Under the pieces are notes generated by a model. It was not told the origin of the DNA and did no database searches. It saw only the letters and a program-made list of their open reading frames with translations. Of a stretch of 29,658 bases of DNA, positions 1-8,573 are shown one piece after another. The stretch spans positions 1 through 29,658 of the IMG/VR virus record IMGVR_UViG_3300043391_000491; one strand, 5' to 3'. How positions within the stretch are numbered: the first letter of the stretch is position 1; the number at the start of each line of letters is the position of its first letter. A program made the position numbers and the translations under genes. The DNA comes from a virus (Duplodnaviria; Caudoviricetes).

Positions 1-1234
1 GAGATTCTTTAGATACTCTACCTTGTGCTATAAGTGATTCTATTCTTTTCTTAGCATACTTTGTTTTCCATATATGCGTTAAAGCTTCTGTTGAGTTATC
101 AAATGCTCTTATCAACTTATCTTCTTGTATTTGTTCTTTTAAATACTCTTTTGTATTCTTAAATAGTTCACTAAAGTAAATGCCTCTTGCGTGTTCTGAT
201 TTAATAAGTTTCTTCTCTATACCTAATTGACTATATGTAAATGCGTGGCTTCTATTTCTATGATCTCTTTTATGTGGTTGTCCACTTTTTTTCTTTGCTA
301 CATACCATTCAAAGTATTTTCTAGTATGGTTTTTCATTAACCATTGTTGTATAAGTTTTCTTGTTGATCTTTCTGTTTCAAATGATACTGAGCCTGCTGT
401 CCAACCCATTTTCTTCCAGTGATCTAATCTATCGTATTGTGATAATGGTATTGTCTTTGTTTTACCATATAAAGATGTTGTTGTAACACCTACTAACTTA
501 TCACCATATTGTTTCTCCCACGTTTTCTCAATTGTATCTGATAAACATAATAATGCTAGTAGTTTACCACCTACTAAATTATAACCTAATGGTTGTACTG
601 GAACAATTGTACTACCAATACAAGTATGATTAATCATTCTTTGTGTTTTGGCTTCTCTATCCCAACCAATATAATTATCTCTTGGTGTTAAATCTAAAAA
701 GTCTGAGGACATACAAGTAACGCCTAGATACTTTTTTGTTTTTTTATCTCTTATAAGAAAGTATAAATTACGACCAATGTTACTATTGTTTTTCATTGTA
801 GAAAGGAAAGTTCTTAATGTATTCCAGATGGCTGGTAATTTCTTACCTGTAACAGAATCTACTTTACCTTCGTTTTGTATATCAGTGTAAATAAGTTCTG
901 GTTCTAAATTCAAATACTCCATTGGATCTTCAGGATTCCAAAAGTTGTTTTTTACTTCTTGTATGATGGCACCTTGTTCTGGATCGGCTAATGCTGGCCT
1001 GTCATCAAAAAAACTATTTGTTTCTATTGTAGGATATTTTTGATGTACTTCACACCATTTCTGATATAGTGTATATTCTTTTACATTCATAACAGACACA
1101 AAAGATAAGTCTTTAATCACTACATCTCTTAATTTGTCTGTGTCTATGTTTGGTATTTTATCAAGTGGATTAGAGTCTTGCCATTCTTTCCATTGATTTT
1201 CTATAAAAGGATCTAATTCTTTTTTAACGGCCAT
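1..1234 (-). CDS. DruA/DUF4338-family protein (3' end truncated by window edge; not in supplied ORF track)
   Basis: My translation from ATG at 1234 is open for 411 codons to the window edge: MAVKKELDPFIENQWKEW...IGRNLYFLIRDKKTKKYLGVTCMSSDFLDLTPRDNYIGWD...IVPVQPLGYNLVGGKLLALLCLSD...VGVTTTSLYGK...SQYDRL..W.KMGWTAGS. These blocks resemble the DruA/DUF4338 family as I recall it. It has its own sigma70-type promoter. Confidence 0.75.
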   Translation of the reverse strand, partial: MAVKKELDPFIENQWKEWQDSNPLDKIPNIDTDKLRDVVIKDLSFVSVMNVKEYTLYQKWCEVHQKYPTIETNSFFDDRPALADPEQGAIIQEVKNNFWNPEDPMEYLNLEPELIYTDIQNEGKVDSVTGKKLPAIWNTLRTFLSTMKNNSNIGRNLYFLIRDKKTKKYLGVTCMSSDFLDLTPRDNYIGWDREAKTQRMINHTCIGSTIVPVQPLGYNLVGGKLLALLCLSDTIEKTWEKQYGDKLVGVTTTSLYGKTKTIPLSQYDRLDHWKKMGWTAGSVSFETERSTRKLIQQWLMKNHTRKYFEWYVAKKKSGQPHKRDHRNRSHAFTYSQLGIEKKLIKSEHARGIYFSELFKNTKEYLKEQIQEDKLIRAFDNSTEALTHIWKTKYAKKRIESLIAQGRVSKES

Positions 1235-1240
1235 AATATA

Positions 1241-1269
1241 AGTATATACTAATTTGTTTCAAAAGTCAA
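1241..1269 (-). promoter_or_regulatory. sigma70-type promoter, leaderless, for the DruA-like gene
   Basis: Minus strand TTGACT(1269-1264)-17 nt-TATACT(1246-1241)-6 nt-ATG(1234); no SD. Confidence 0.8.
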
Positions 1270-1270
1270 A

Positions 1271-1492
1271 TTATTCTTTACTTGGTATAAAATTTTCACT
1301 ATGTTCTTGTTTTATAACTTCTTTTTCTGTCCATTGTAATGTTTTGCTTCTGTTTAAAGAGGCAGCACCTTTTGCAATACCAGGTTTTAGTTCTTTAATT
1401 TTGCCGCCTTTTTCTAAAAACTCTTGCATAAGTTTATCTCTTTCTTCTTGCGACATCTTAGGTTTATTATCTTCTTCTGTAAAACTAGCCAT
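1271..1492 (-). CDS. small protein with SutA-like RNA polymerase-binding motif
   Basis: 73 aa; EERDKLMQEFLEKGGKIKELKPG resembles the SutA core (MEEFLSRGGKVQEIEP, recalled). AGGAG SD; start overlaps the def 3' end. Confidence 0.55.
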   Translation of the reverse strand: MASFTEEDNKPKMSQEERDKLMQEFLEKGGKIKELKPGIAKGAASLNRSKTLQWTEKEVIKQEHSENFIPSKE

Positions 1493-2042
1493 TTAACTCC
1501 TTTCTTCTTTTTTTCATTTTGCTTATTTCTTTTTGTGCTCTTTCATATGCTAAGTCTAGTTTTAATTTACTAGCCTTTTCGGTAAACAATCTACCTAACA
1601 TATGGTCGTATTCGTGTTGGAATATTCTACTGAAATAACCATCAAAATGACCTTCTTGTAGAGCTCCATTTTCATCTTCAAACTTTGCCACTATTTTTTT
1701 AGGCCTTTTTATAGATAAAAATACAAATGGAAAGGTTAAACATCCTTCTTTAAGTAATATCTGTTCTTCACTGTTGTGTATAATTACAGGATTAAAACAG
1801 GCAACTTTCTTTCCCTTTTCAATTTCTGGATGGCCACCAAATACAAACATATTAAATGGTAACCCAACTTGATTGGCCGATAGTCCTAGGCCTCCAAATT
1901 TAAACATTGTATCAAACATTGTATTGACTAATTCTTTTCTATCTTTAAAGTCGTGTTCTTTTAACATATCATCATTGAAAGGTGCTATTGCTGATTGAAC
2001 TCTTGGATCTGATGGCGGTATTAATTTTAATTCTTTAGGCAT
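1485..2042 (-). CDS. def: peptide deformylase
   Basis: All three PDF motifs: GLGLSANQ, EGCLT, QHEYDH. Confidence 0.96.
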   Translation of the reverse strand: MPKELKLIPPSDPRVQSAIAPFNDDMLKEHDFKDRKELVNTMFDTMFKFGGLGLSANQVGLPFNMFVFGGHPEIEKGKKVACFNPVIIHNSEEQILLKEGCLTFPFVFLSIKRPKKIVAKFEDENGALQEGHFDGYFSRIFQHEYDHMLGRLFTEKASKLKLDLAYERAQKEISKMKKRRKELNG

Positions 2043-3750
2043 TTTGTAACCTCGTAAAGTTATGTTCTTTTTCGAACTTGATTATATTTGTAAACTTATC
2101 AAATAGTATATCACCTTTATGAGATATAATAAAGATATTTTCTTTTGGCATTGATTTAATAATTTTAAAGAAGTCATCTGTGCCTTGACCATCTAAACTA
2201 CTATCAAATATTTCGTCTAGTACCAGTAAATTTGTATTGGTACTGTTTTTCATTTTAGCGATTGATCTCCACGTGAATAGTAATGCTAAGTCTATTCTCA
2301 TCTTTTCTCCTTCACTAAAGTTATTGTAATTAAAAGTATCTCTATATCTACTCTTAACTGTTTCATTAAACTCCTCATCTAAATTAAACGATATAAAAAA
2401 GTCCATAGATTGTAAATATTGATTAATTAGTGTATTCATAATAGGTAAATACTTTTTAATAATTTTGGCTTTGGCACCTTTGTCGTTTAATATATCTCTT
2501 AGTATATCTACATATTGTTTATCTTCTGTGACTTTTGTTAACAATACTTTTGTTTCTTCTAATTCGGTTTTAAGTTTATTTAACTGTTCTTGTATTGTTT
2601 TACCATCAGTTTCTTTATTTTCTAATAACAATATTTCTTCGTGTATGTTATCGCTATATTTTTTTAAAGCCTCTATTGAAGTATTAATCTTTGCAACATC
2701 TACATTTAGTTCGTTTACTTTTTGTGATATTGAATTTAATTCATTAATATTTGTTTCTGTTTTAATTATTTCTGATAACAAGTCTTTTAGTCCTGCATCT
2801 AATTTGTTAATGGTTGTTTGTTCACTTGATATTTTATTTGTTTTTAGTTTATCATCAATAGATTGCGTACATTCAGGACATACATCATTCTTTTCAAAAA
2901 ACTCCATTGTTCTTTTATGTTTTAATAAATTTGTTTCTATCTTAGCTTCTAACTTAGATAATTGATTTGCTTTTTGTGTATGTTTATCTTGGTCTTTTAA
3001 AGAATTTTTATACTCGTTAATTTGGTTATTTAATGTATTAATTTTATTTGTATATTCTAGTAAATCTTTATTGTTTTTTTCTATTATATTTTTTTTATAA
3101 TCTTTGTCATTTATATTACGACCTTGTAATTCATTAAAGTGTTTTGTTTCTAATTCATATTTTGAAGTTATTAAATCACACTTATGTCTAATCTCGGTTA
3201 TATTTTTTTGTAAATCTGATTGTTGGCTTCTTAATATTAGATCCATTAAACCAAAAACTCTTATATCTAATATTTCTTCTACAACTTCTCGTCTATATCT
3301 TGGTTTCATTTTCATAAAAGGTTCGTAAGAAGAAGAACCTAATATTACTACTTGTATAAAAGACCTATAGTTTAACTTCATTATATTGGCCTCTAAGTAT
3401 TTTTGATAATCTATAGTTGAGGCGTCTTGATTTATCAAATCACCATCTGCATATATTTCAAACTTATTAGGTTTAATACCTCTTATTACTTTATAATTTT
3501 TTGTACCAACTGTAAACTCTACTGTTACCTCGGTGTCTGTGTCATTAATAGTATTAACTATTTGTTCTTTTTTAATTAATCTAAAAGGTTTATTAAATAG
3601 TACAAAACATAATGCATCAAGCAGTGTTGATTTACCACTACCATTTGTTCCTACTATAAGTGTTGTAGGCGCTTTGTTTAATTCTATTTCTATTGGTGTA
3701 TTACCAGTAGATAAGAAATTTCTCCATTGAATTTTTTTAAATATTATCAC
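2035..3750 (-). CDS. gp46: recombination endonuclease subunit, Rad50/SbcC-like ATPase (T4 gp46)
   Basis: Walker A GTNGSGKST, long coiled coil with CPEC zinc hook, FSEGE signature, LVLDEIFDSSLD Walker B/D-loop, ISH. Confidence 0.97.
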   Translation of the reverse strand: MIIFKKIQWRNFLSTGNTPIEIELNKAPTTLIVGTNGSGKSTLLDALCFVLFNKPFRLIKKEQIVNTINDTDTEVTVEFTVGTKNYKVIRGIKPNKFEIYADGDLINQDASTIDYQKYLEANIMKLNYRSFIQVVILGSSSYEPFMKMKPRYRREVVEEILDIRVFGLMDLILRSQQSDLQKNITEIRHKCDLITSKYELETKHFNELQGRNINDKDYKKNIIEKNNKDLLEYTNKINTLNNQINEYKNSLKDQDKHTQKANQLSKLEAKIETNLLKHKRTMEFFEKNDVCPECTQSIDDKLKTNKISSEQTTINKLDAGLKDLLSEIIKTETNINELNSISQKVNELNVDVAKINTSIEALKKYSDNIHEEILLLENKETDGKTIQEQLNKLKTELEETKVLLTKVTEDKQYVDILRDILNDKGAKAKIIKKYLPIMNTLINQYLQSMDFFISFNLDEEFNETVKSRYRDTFNYNNFSEGEKMRIDLALLFTWRSIAKMKNSTNTNLLVLDEIFDSSLDGQGTDDFFKIIKSMPKENIFIISHKGDILFDKFTNIIKFEKEHNFTRLQNA

Positions 3751-4799
3751 TGTTCACTGGCCTCTACATATAATTGTTTGGCAAAAGTTTTTAATTTGGC
3801 TCTGTCTAAAGTTGTATCTACTTGGTCAATATAGTTACCTAAAAATGTTAACGTATCTTCTCCTTGATCTAGTATATTTTCTTTTACTGTTGAATTTATA
3901 TCTGAACTCAAATCTTCTATAACATTTATCTCATATGCATTTATCTCGTTATGAAATCTATCTAATAGTTTATCAAACATATCACTGTCTGTTTTTTGAG
4001 ATATAAACAGCTTAACATATGTGTTTTCATAATCACTTAAATCTTTTTTACTGTAATCTTCCTTTTTATCATCATATATAAATTTTTTAAACATAACTGC
4101 GGGATTAGGAACTCTTGTTAACTCTCTTGTTGTGGTATCAAATATATGAAAGCCTTTAGGACAATTATAATCAGACCAAGTAAGTTGATAAGGACAACCT
4201 AGATAATAAATTTGGCCATCATCAGATTTTTTATGAAAGTGTCCTGTTATTACTTTTTCAAATCTTTTAAATAAACTATTATCTAAACCTTGTTCATTTA
4301 GGTGGCCTTTGTGCATTTCAAATCCTTTTATTTCTAAATGACCCATAACTATTTCAGCCGTAGATTTGTCTATATGATGTAATGAGTCTTCCATATTTGT
4401 GTCACAAATCCAAGGTATAAACAATATATCTAATCCATCAAAGTTAATTGTTTCACAAGATGTATATACCTTTGCTCTTTTAGATATGTTTAGATTTTGT
4501 AAAGCATTTATTTCATTTGTGTTTTTATAATACGTATCGTGGTTGCCGATTATAACGTGTGTATCTATGTTTAATGAATCTACTTTATTCCAAAACTTTA
4601 ATTTAAAATTATGTGCTGTATTATGATTGATAAATTTTCTTCTGTCTACCACATCGCCTAGATGAACTATGGTGTTGATATTATTTTCTTGTAGATAAGG
4701 AAAAAATATCTCATCATAAAATCTATTAAAATAATCAATAAACGCAGGTGAGTCATTTCTAGCTCCCCAATGCGTGTCATTTATTAACGCAATTTTCAT
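3747..4799 (-). CDS. gp47: recombination endonuclease subunit, Mre11/SbcD-like (T4 gp47)
   Basis: Phosphoesterase motifs DTHWG, LGDVVD, GNHD, GHFH; adjacent to gp46. Confidence 0.97.
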   Translation of the reverse strand: MKIALINDTHWGARNDSPAFIDYFNRFYDEIFFPYLQENNINTIVHLGDVVDRRKFINHNTAHNFKLKFWNKVDSLNIDTHVIIGNHDTYYKNTNEINALQNLNISKRAKVYTSCETINFDGLDILFIPWICDTNMEDSLHHIDKSTAEIVMGHLEIKGFEMHKGHLNEQGLDNSLFKRFEKVITGHFHKKSDDGQIYYLGCPYQLTWSDYNCPKGFHIFDTTTRELTRVPNPAVMFKKFIYDDKKEDYSKKDLSDYENTYVKLFISQKTDSDMFDKLLDRFHNEINAYEINVIEDLSSDINSTVKENILDQGEDTLTFLGNYIDQVDTTLDRAKLKTFAKQLYVEASEQ

Positions 4800-4800
4800 A

Positions 4801-5382
4801 CTAACTCAATATAAAATAATCTAATTTACCTTTACGTGTTCTTTTCTTTTTTCTTTCTTTTTCTTTTTTCATTTCTCTATGATGAGCAAGACTTTCTATT
4901 TTAGGTACTTCTTCTATTGGTAAATTTTTCTTTAAAAATTCTGTAAACTGATTATGAAATTCCCTATCTTCGCCAGGCTGTAATGCCATATCATCAAAAT
5001 TAGAATCTAATAACATCTTATGTTTGATTGTTACTTGTTTCTTTTCTTTTTGTATTCTTCTTATAAATGCATAATATATAATTTGCGTAAAGTATGCAAA
5101 AGGATTATTTGATTTATCAGGATTAAAATTGTCTAAGTATTGTAAACAGTTTTCTATACCATCAGAAATCATATCATCTCTAAAAGTATAATTAATAAAA
5201 TTTGGTCTATATGATAAGTGATTTGCTATTTTTAAAAAACAAGTACCAATATAATCCGGTACTCTTGGCTTTGTTATGCCTTCTTTAACCGATTGTTTGA
5301 CTGTTTTTTTATATTCAATCATTGCGGCCAAAAAATCTTTATTACTTACGTAATGTTCTTTTGATTTTTTTGATGTTGTCAT
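4801..5382 (-). CDS. gp55: late transcription sigma factor (T4 gp55)
   Basis: HYVSNKDF, IANHLSYRPNFINY, DMISDGIENC, NPFAYFTQIIYYAFIRRIQKEKKQ; synteny with gp47/46. Confidence 0.97.
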   Translation of the reverse strand: MTTSKKSKEHYVSNKDFLAAMIEYKKTVKQSVKEGITKPRVPDYIGTCFLKIANHLSYRPNFINYTFRDDMISDGIENCLQYLDNFNPDKSNNPFAYFTQIIYYAFIRRIQKEKKQVTIKHKMLLDSNFDDMALQPGEDREFHNQFTEFLKKNLPIEEVPKIESLAHHREMKKEKERKKKRTRKGKLDYFILS

Positions 5383-5388
5383 TATTTA

Positions 5389-5417
5389 AATATACTACAC
5401 TTTGTGTTGTTTGTCAA
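5389..5417 (-). promoter_or_regulatory. sigma70-type promoter, leaderless, for gp55
   Basis: TTGACA(5417-5412)-17 nt-TATATT(5394-5389)-6 nt-ATG(5382). Confidence 0.8.
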
Positions 5418-5460
5418 TCACTTATACAAAGACTATGAAAAAAATCGGTTCCAGGATGGG

Positions 5461-5488
5461 TTGACTTTATTCTTTTTATCCGTATAAT
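5461..5488 (+). promoter_or_regulatory. antisense sigma70-type promoter, divergent from the gp55 promoter
   Basis: Plus strand TTGACT(5461-5466)-16 nt-TATAAT(5483-5488), A-tract upstream; no plus-strand ORF follows. Confidence 0.6.
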
Positions 5489-5522
5489 GGGGGTGTTGCC
5501 TCTTTGATAAAGATTCTCCAGA

Positions 5523-5930
5523 TTAGTGGAGTGTTTTCCTAGTATCTCTAAAATCGTCCCACAGTTCATTAAATTCATCATTATCTTCCTTGTTCAATTG
5601 TTCAGGTTCATAATCACCTTGTTTCGGCACTTTTATTCTATCATATTTTAAAGCTACATCTAAATAACTTTTGGTCATTTCTTCGGTGGCCATTGTTATA
5701 GTCACAATCTTATCTTTTGGTATAGATATGATTGTATCATTAGTATAGGCAGTCCATTTAATTAATGCGATATAATCTTTAAGACCTCTTGCTGTTAATT
5801 GAGATACGTATTTAATTTGTAACGGCCTATCAATACGTAATAGAGTAGACTTCTCTGGCAATTGATCTTTAGCCAGACGGCAAACAATGTCATCACCGTT
5901 AATTAGTTTTATTATTCTTATCTGTTCCAT
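5523..5930 (-). CDS. conserved T4-like phage protein, probable Sm/LSm-like fold
   Basis: 135 aa; N-terminal IRIIKLINGDDIVC pattern; occupies the usual position between uvsW and gp55 in aquatic T4-like phages. Confidence 0.6.
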   Translation of the reverse strand: MEQIRIIKLINGDDIVCRLAKDQLPEKSTLLRIDRPLQIKYVSQLTARGLKDYIALIKWTAYTNDTIISIPKDKIVTITMATEEMTKSYLDVALKYDRIKVPKQGDYEPEQLNKEDNDEFNELWDDFRDTRKTLH

Positions 5931-7407
5931 TGTTTAATTCTATGTTGTGTATTTCGTAGTTAAAGTTTTCGCTTGTGTATATATTTATTCTTTCTCTAAA
6001 GTGTTGGAGAGTGTAATTATCCTTACCATTATAAGAAAGATCATCTGATATATCGTAAAGAGTAGCAGAAGAATTATTATCTTTCAAACGAAGGCCACGA
6101 CCAATAGATTGTAAATTACGAATACGAGATTTTGACGGCGATGCAAAAACAATATTGTGTAAATTTCTTATATTAATACCAGTACTAAACGTTCCGTAAC
6201 TGGCGATTATAATTGCGTTATCTGATTTTTCAGTTATAAATCGTATCTTTTCTCTTTCTTCGGCTTCTACACCACCATAAACGAAAAATATTTTTCTATC
6301 TTCAGCTTTATTCTCTATGAGTTGTTTTAATATAACACCGTGTTTTTCTACATATTGAAATAGTACTAAAGAATTACCTTGTAAATTTAAACATAGATTA
6401 CGAATATACTTATTTCTTCTTTCATTTGATACTAAGAAATCCATTTCTTCTTGATAACTCTTATCTTTTAAAAAGTGTTTAGAATTTTTATCGTGTTGAA
6501 GTATTAAACATATAATTTTCAAATCGGCCAGTTGTTTCTTTTCTTGTAATTCAGAAGTTGATGTAACTTTATTAACGACACCAAACAGACCTTCTAAAAC
6601 TAATTTGTTTGTCTTAGTGCCATCTAAAGTACCTGTAAGACCTATTCTATATTTACAATCTTCTAGTTTAGTCATAATCTTACTTAAAGAAACGGCCTTA
6701 AATAAATGACATTCATCACCAATGACCATACCAAAAGATTTAAACCATTTTTTAGGCAAATTATATATTGATTGCCAAGTAGATATGATTACATTCTTAT
6801 TTGTTTCTTTCTCGTGTCCTTGATAAATTTTGTGTACATACTTATCAGGATTCCAACCATAATCTTCAAAATCTTTATATAACTGTTCCACTAAAGAAGT
6901 AGTCGGAACAATAATCAATATTTTATTATTTGTTTTTTCTTTTAATCTCAATAGATTAAATCTTACTAATAGATAAACTATTAAAGACTTACCAGAGGCC
7001 GTAGGCGATAATAATAAACAACGATTCTTTTGTAAAGAGTGAATAAAGGCTTGTTTCTGATAATCTCTTAACTCCATTGGCACTTTTAATTTAGTTATAA
7101 ATTTGTTTACTAGTGTTTCATCTACAGATATATCTTTTATCTTTGTACCATCAACAACTTGTATTTTATTATCTTCACACCATTTAACAATATAAGGATA
7201 TAAACCGGCATAAATCTGGCCAGTTGCATAAGAAAATAATCTTATCTTACCGTCCCAAACTCTATTCCTAAATTGAGGTGTAAATCTATAACCAGGAACT
7301 TCAAAAGTAAAATACTCTCCTAAATCTCTACGTATAGAATCATCAGCTTCTATTTTTAGATAGACTTCGTTTTTCTTATCTATGATAATATATTTTGTGA
7401 GGGTCAT
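5899..7407 (-). CDS. uvsW: SF2 DNA helicase UvsW
   Basis: LRDYQ Q-motif, PTASGKS, IIVPTTSLVEQ, DECH, GLTGT, QSIGRGLR. Confidence 0.97.
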   Translation of the reverse strand: MTLTKYIIIDKKNEVYLKIEADDSIRRDLGEYFTFEVPGYRFTPQFRNRVWDGKIRLFSYATGQIYAGLYPYIVKWCEDNKIQVVDGTKIKDISVDETLVNKFITKLKVPMELRDYQKQAFIHSLQKNRCLLLSPTASGKSLIVYLLVRFNLLRLKEKTNNKILIIVPTTSLVEQLYKDFEDYGWNPDKYVHKIYQGHEKETNKNVIISTWQSIYNLPKKWFKSFGMVIGDECHLFKAVSLSKIMTKLEDCKYRIGLTGTLDGTKTNKLVLEGLFGVVNKVTSTSELQEKKQLADLKIICLILQHDKNSKHFLKDKSYQEEMDFLVSNERRNKYIRNLCLNLQGNSLVLFQYVEKHGVILKQLIENKAEDRKIFFVYGGVEAEEREKIRFITEKSDNAIIIASYGTFSTGINIRNLHNIVFASPSKSRIRNLQSIGRGLRLKDNNSSATLYDISDDLSYNGKDNYTLQHFRERINIYTSENFNYEIHNIELNNGTDKNNKTN

Positions 7408-7835
7408 TACACAGCGCCACTAGTGAATCTTCTCCATTCAATGGCATTTTTTATAGTGTATGTTCGATTAACCACAACTCTTAATGTTCTATCTAAAAAA
7501 TCCACAACTGTAATTAAATAGGCCACCTTTTGTGATAATTTTTGTATATCAACATCTGCTTCTAAATATTTGTCAATATCTGTTCGCATAATTTTTAAAT
7601 CAAAAGGTTTGGCTTGATACACACTAGGGTCGGCCTTACCAGTATAATATTCCCACTTATCACGTTTAATAGTTTTTAATTCATCTTCAGTACGTGTAAG
7701 AAGTAATTTAAACTTAGTATAATGTTTCATATACTTGTTATGTAATTGTGGAGTTTTTAATGATTCTAAATCTAATTCAGTATCATTAATTTTAAGGTCT
7801 TTGTCTGCTTCTAATTGTAATTGTTCTAAATCCAT
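7407..7835 (-). CDS. uvsY: recombination mediator UvsY
   Basis: 142 aa; DLESLKTPQLHNKY, WEYYTGK, IKNAIEWRRFTSG; upstream of uvsW. Confidence 0.93.
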   Translation of the reverse strand: MDLEQLQLEADKDLKINDTELDLESLKTPQLHNKYMKHYTKFKLLLTRTEDELKTIKRDKWEYYTGKADPSVYQAKPFDLKIMRTDIDKYLEADVDIQKLSQKVAYLITVVDFLDRTLRVVVNRTYTIKNAIEWRRFTSGAV

Positions 7836-7841
7836 AATATA

Positions 7842-7870
7842 ATTATATCACAAAACTATCTAAAAATCAA
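7842..7870 (-). promoter_or_regulatory. sigma70-type (extended -10) promoter, leaderless, for uvsY-uvsW
   Basis: TTGATT(7870-7865)-17 nt ending TGA-TATAAT(7847-7842)-6 nt-ATG(7835). Confidence 0.8.
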
Positions 7871-7872
7871 GT

Positions 7873-8496
7873 CTAGGTGGTAATCTTAGTTGCTGTTGGT
7901 GAATTTACATTTGCAAAGTTGTATATACTATATTTAAAAACAACGTCAACCGTTAGATAATTAACATCTGTGGCCTGTTGATTGTACTGTAATCCTCCTA
8001 AACTAATAGGAAATAAATCTTTAAATCTTACTTCTACCACAGGATTGTTCTTGTTTGTAAGTACCAATAGGGTTGCGTCGGACAATGCGGCCCCTTGTGA
8101 TGGAGCAGGGTACCTTACTTTTCCTATCTCACTGCTAACAGAAGATTTACTAGTAGGAAATCTATCTTTTCCTGCTTGCATTAGTGTATCATAATCGCTG
8201 TATCCATCAGGAAATCCTAGGCCAACTAACCAACCGTGAATTTCTTGGTAGTTTTCTAAATTCTCATCTATGATAAATGTCATTTGTAAATCTTGATATT
8301 TAAGTTTTTCACCAGGATGAGGTATGTCTTTTAATGGGGTTTGTTGTTCTACATAGTTAATACTGATACCAGGAATATTAATAGCTGTACAAAAGTATTC
8401 TACTTTTGGTAACTTAATAATATTAAATTTAAATTGTGTTGGGCTGGCGTAATCCAGTTTTGTAGGTTGTCTTGAATATGAGTTTGTGGTAGTCAT
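7873..8496 (-). CDS. gp3: tail tube terminator / tail completion protein (T4 gp3-like)
   Basis: SPTQFKF..KLPKVEYFCTAINIPGI, F.IDENLENYQEIHGWL, SDATL; typical position after gp23. Confidence 0.88.
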   Translation of the reverse strand: MTTTNSYSRQPTKLDYASPTQFKFNIIKLPKVEYFCTAINIPGISINYVEQQTPLKDIPHPGEKLKYQDLQMTFIIDENLENYQEIHGWLVGLGFPDGYSDYDTLMQAGKDRFPTSKSSVSSEIGKVRYPAPSQGAALSDATLLVLTNKNNPVVEVRFKDLFPISLGGLQYNQQATDVNYLTVDVVFKYSIYNFANVNSPTATKITT

Positions 8497-8501
8497 ATTA
8501 A

Positions 8502-8509
8502 TATTTAGG
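8502..8509 (-). promoter_or_regulatory. late promoter variant (CCTAAATA), 5 nt before gp3 ATG
   Basis: Partial match to TATAAATA directly after the gp23 terminator. Confidence 0.55.
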
Positions 8510-8512
8510 CAT

Positions 8513-8545
8513 AAAAAAAGGAGGGTTTTTTAGGCCCTCCTTTTT
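8513..8545 (-). terminator. intrinsic terminator after gp23 (possibly bidirectional)
   Basis: AAAAAGGAGGG-cctaaaaaa-CCCTCCTTTTTTT on the minus strand; a second hairpin TTTGTTC-aaa-GAACAAA lies at 8551-8567. Confidence 0.9.
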
Positions 8546-8573
8546 AATCATTTGTTCAAAGAACAAACTGATA

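Noticed and set aside
1-1234. Complete Druantia defence system
   Set aside because: Only a DruA-like gene is visible, with no DruE-like helicase partner in the window.
5383-5390. TTTAAATA late-like box before gp55 (autoregulation)
   Set aside because: It abuts the ATG, so a transcript would start inside the gene; it is better explained as part of the sigma70 promoter.
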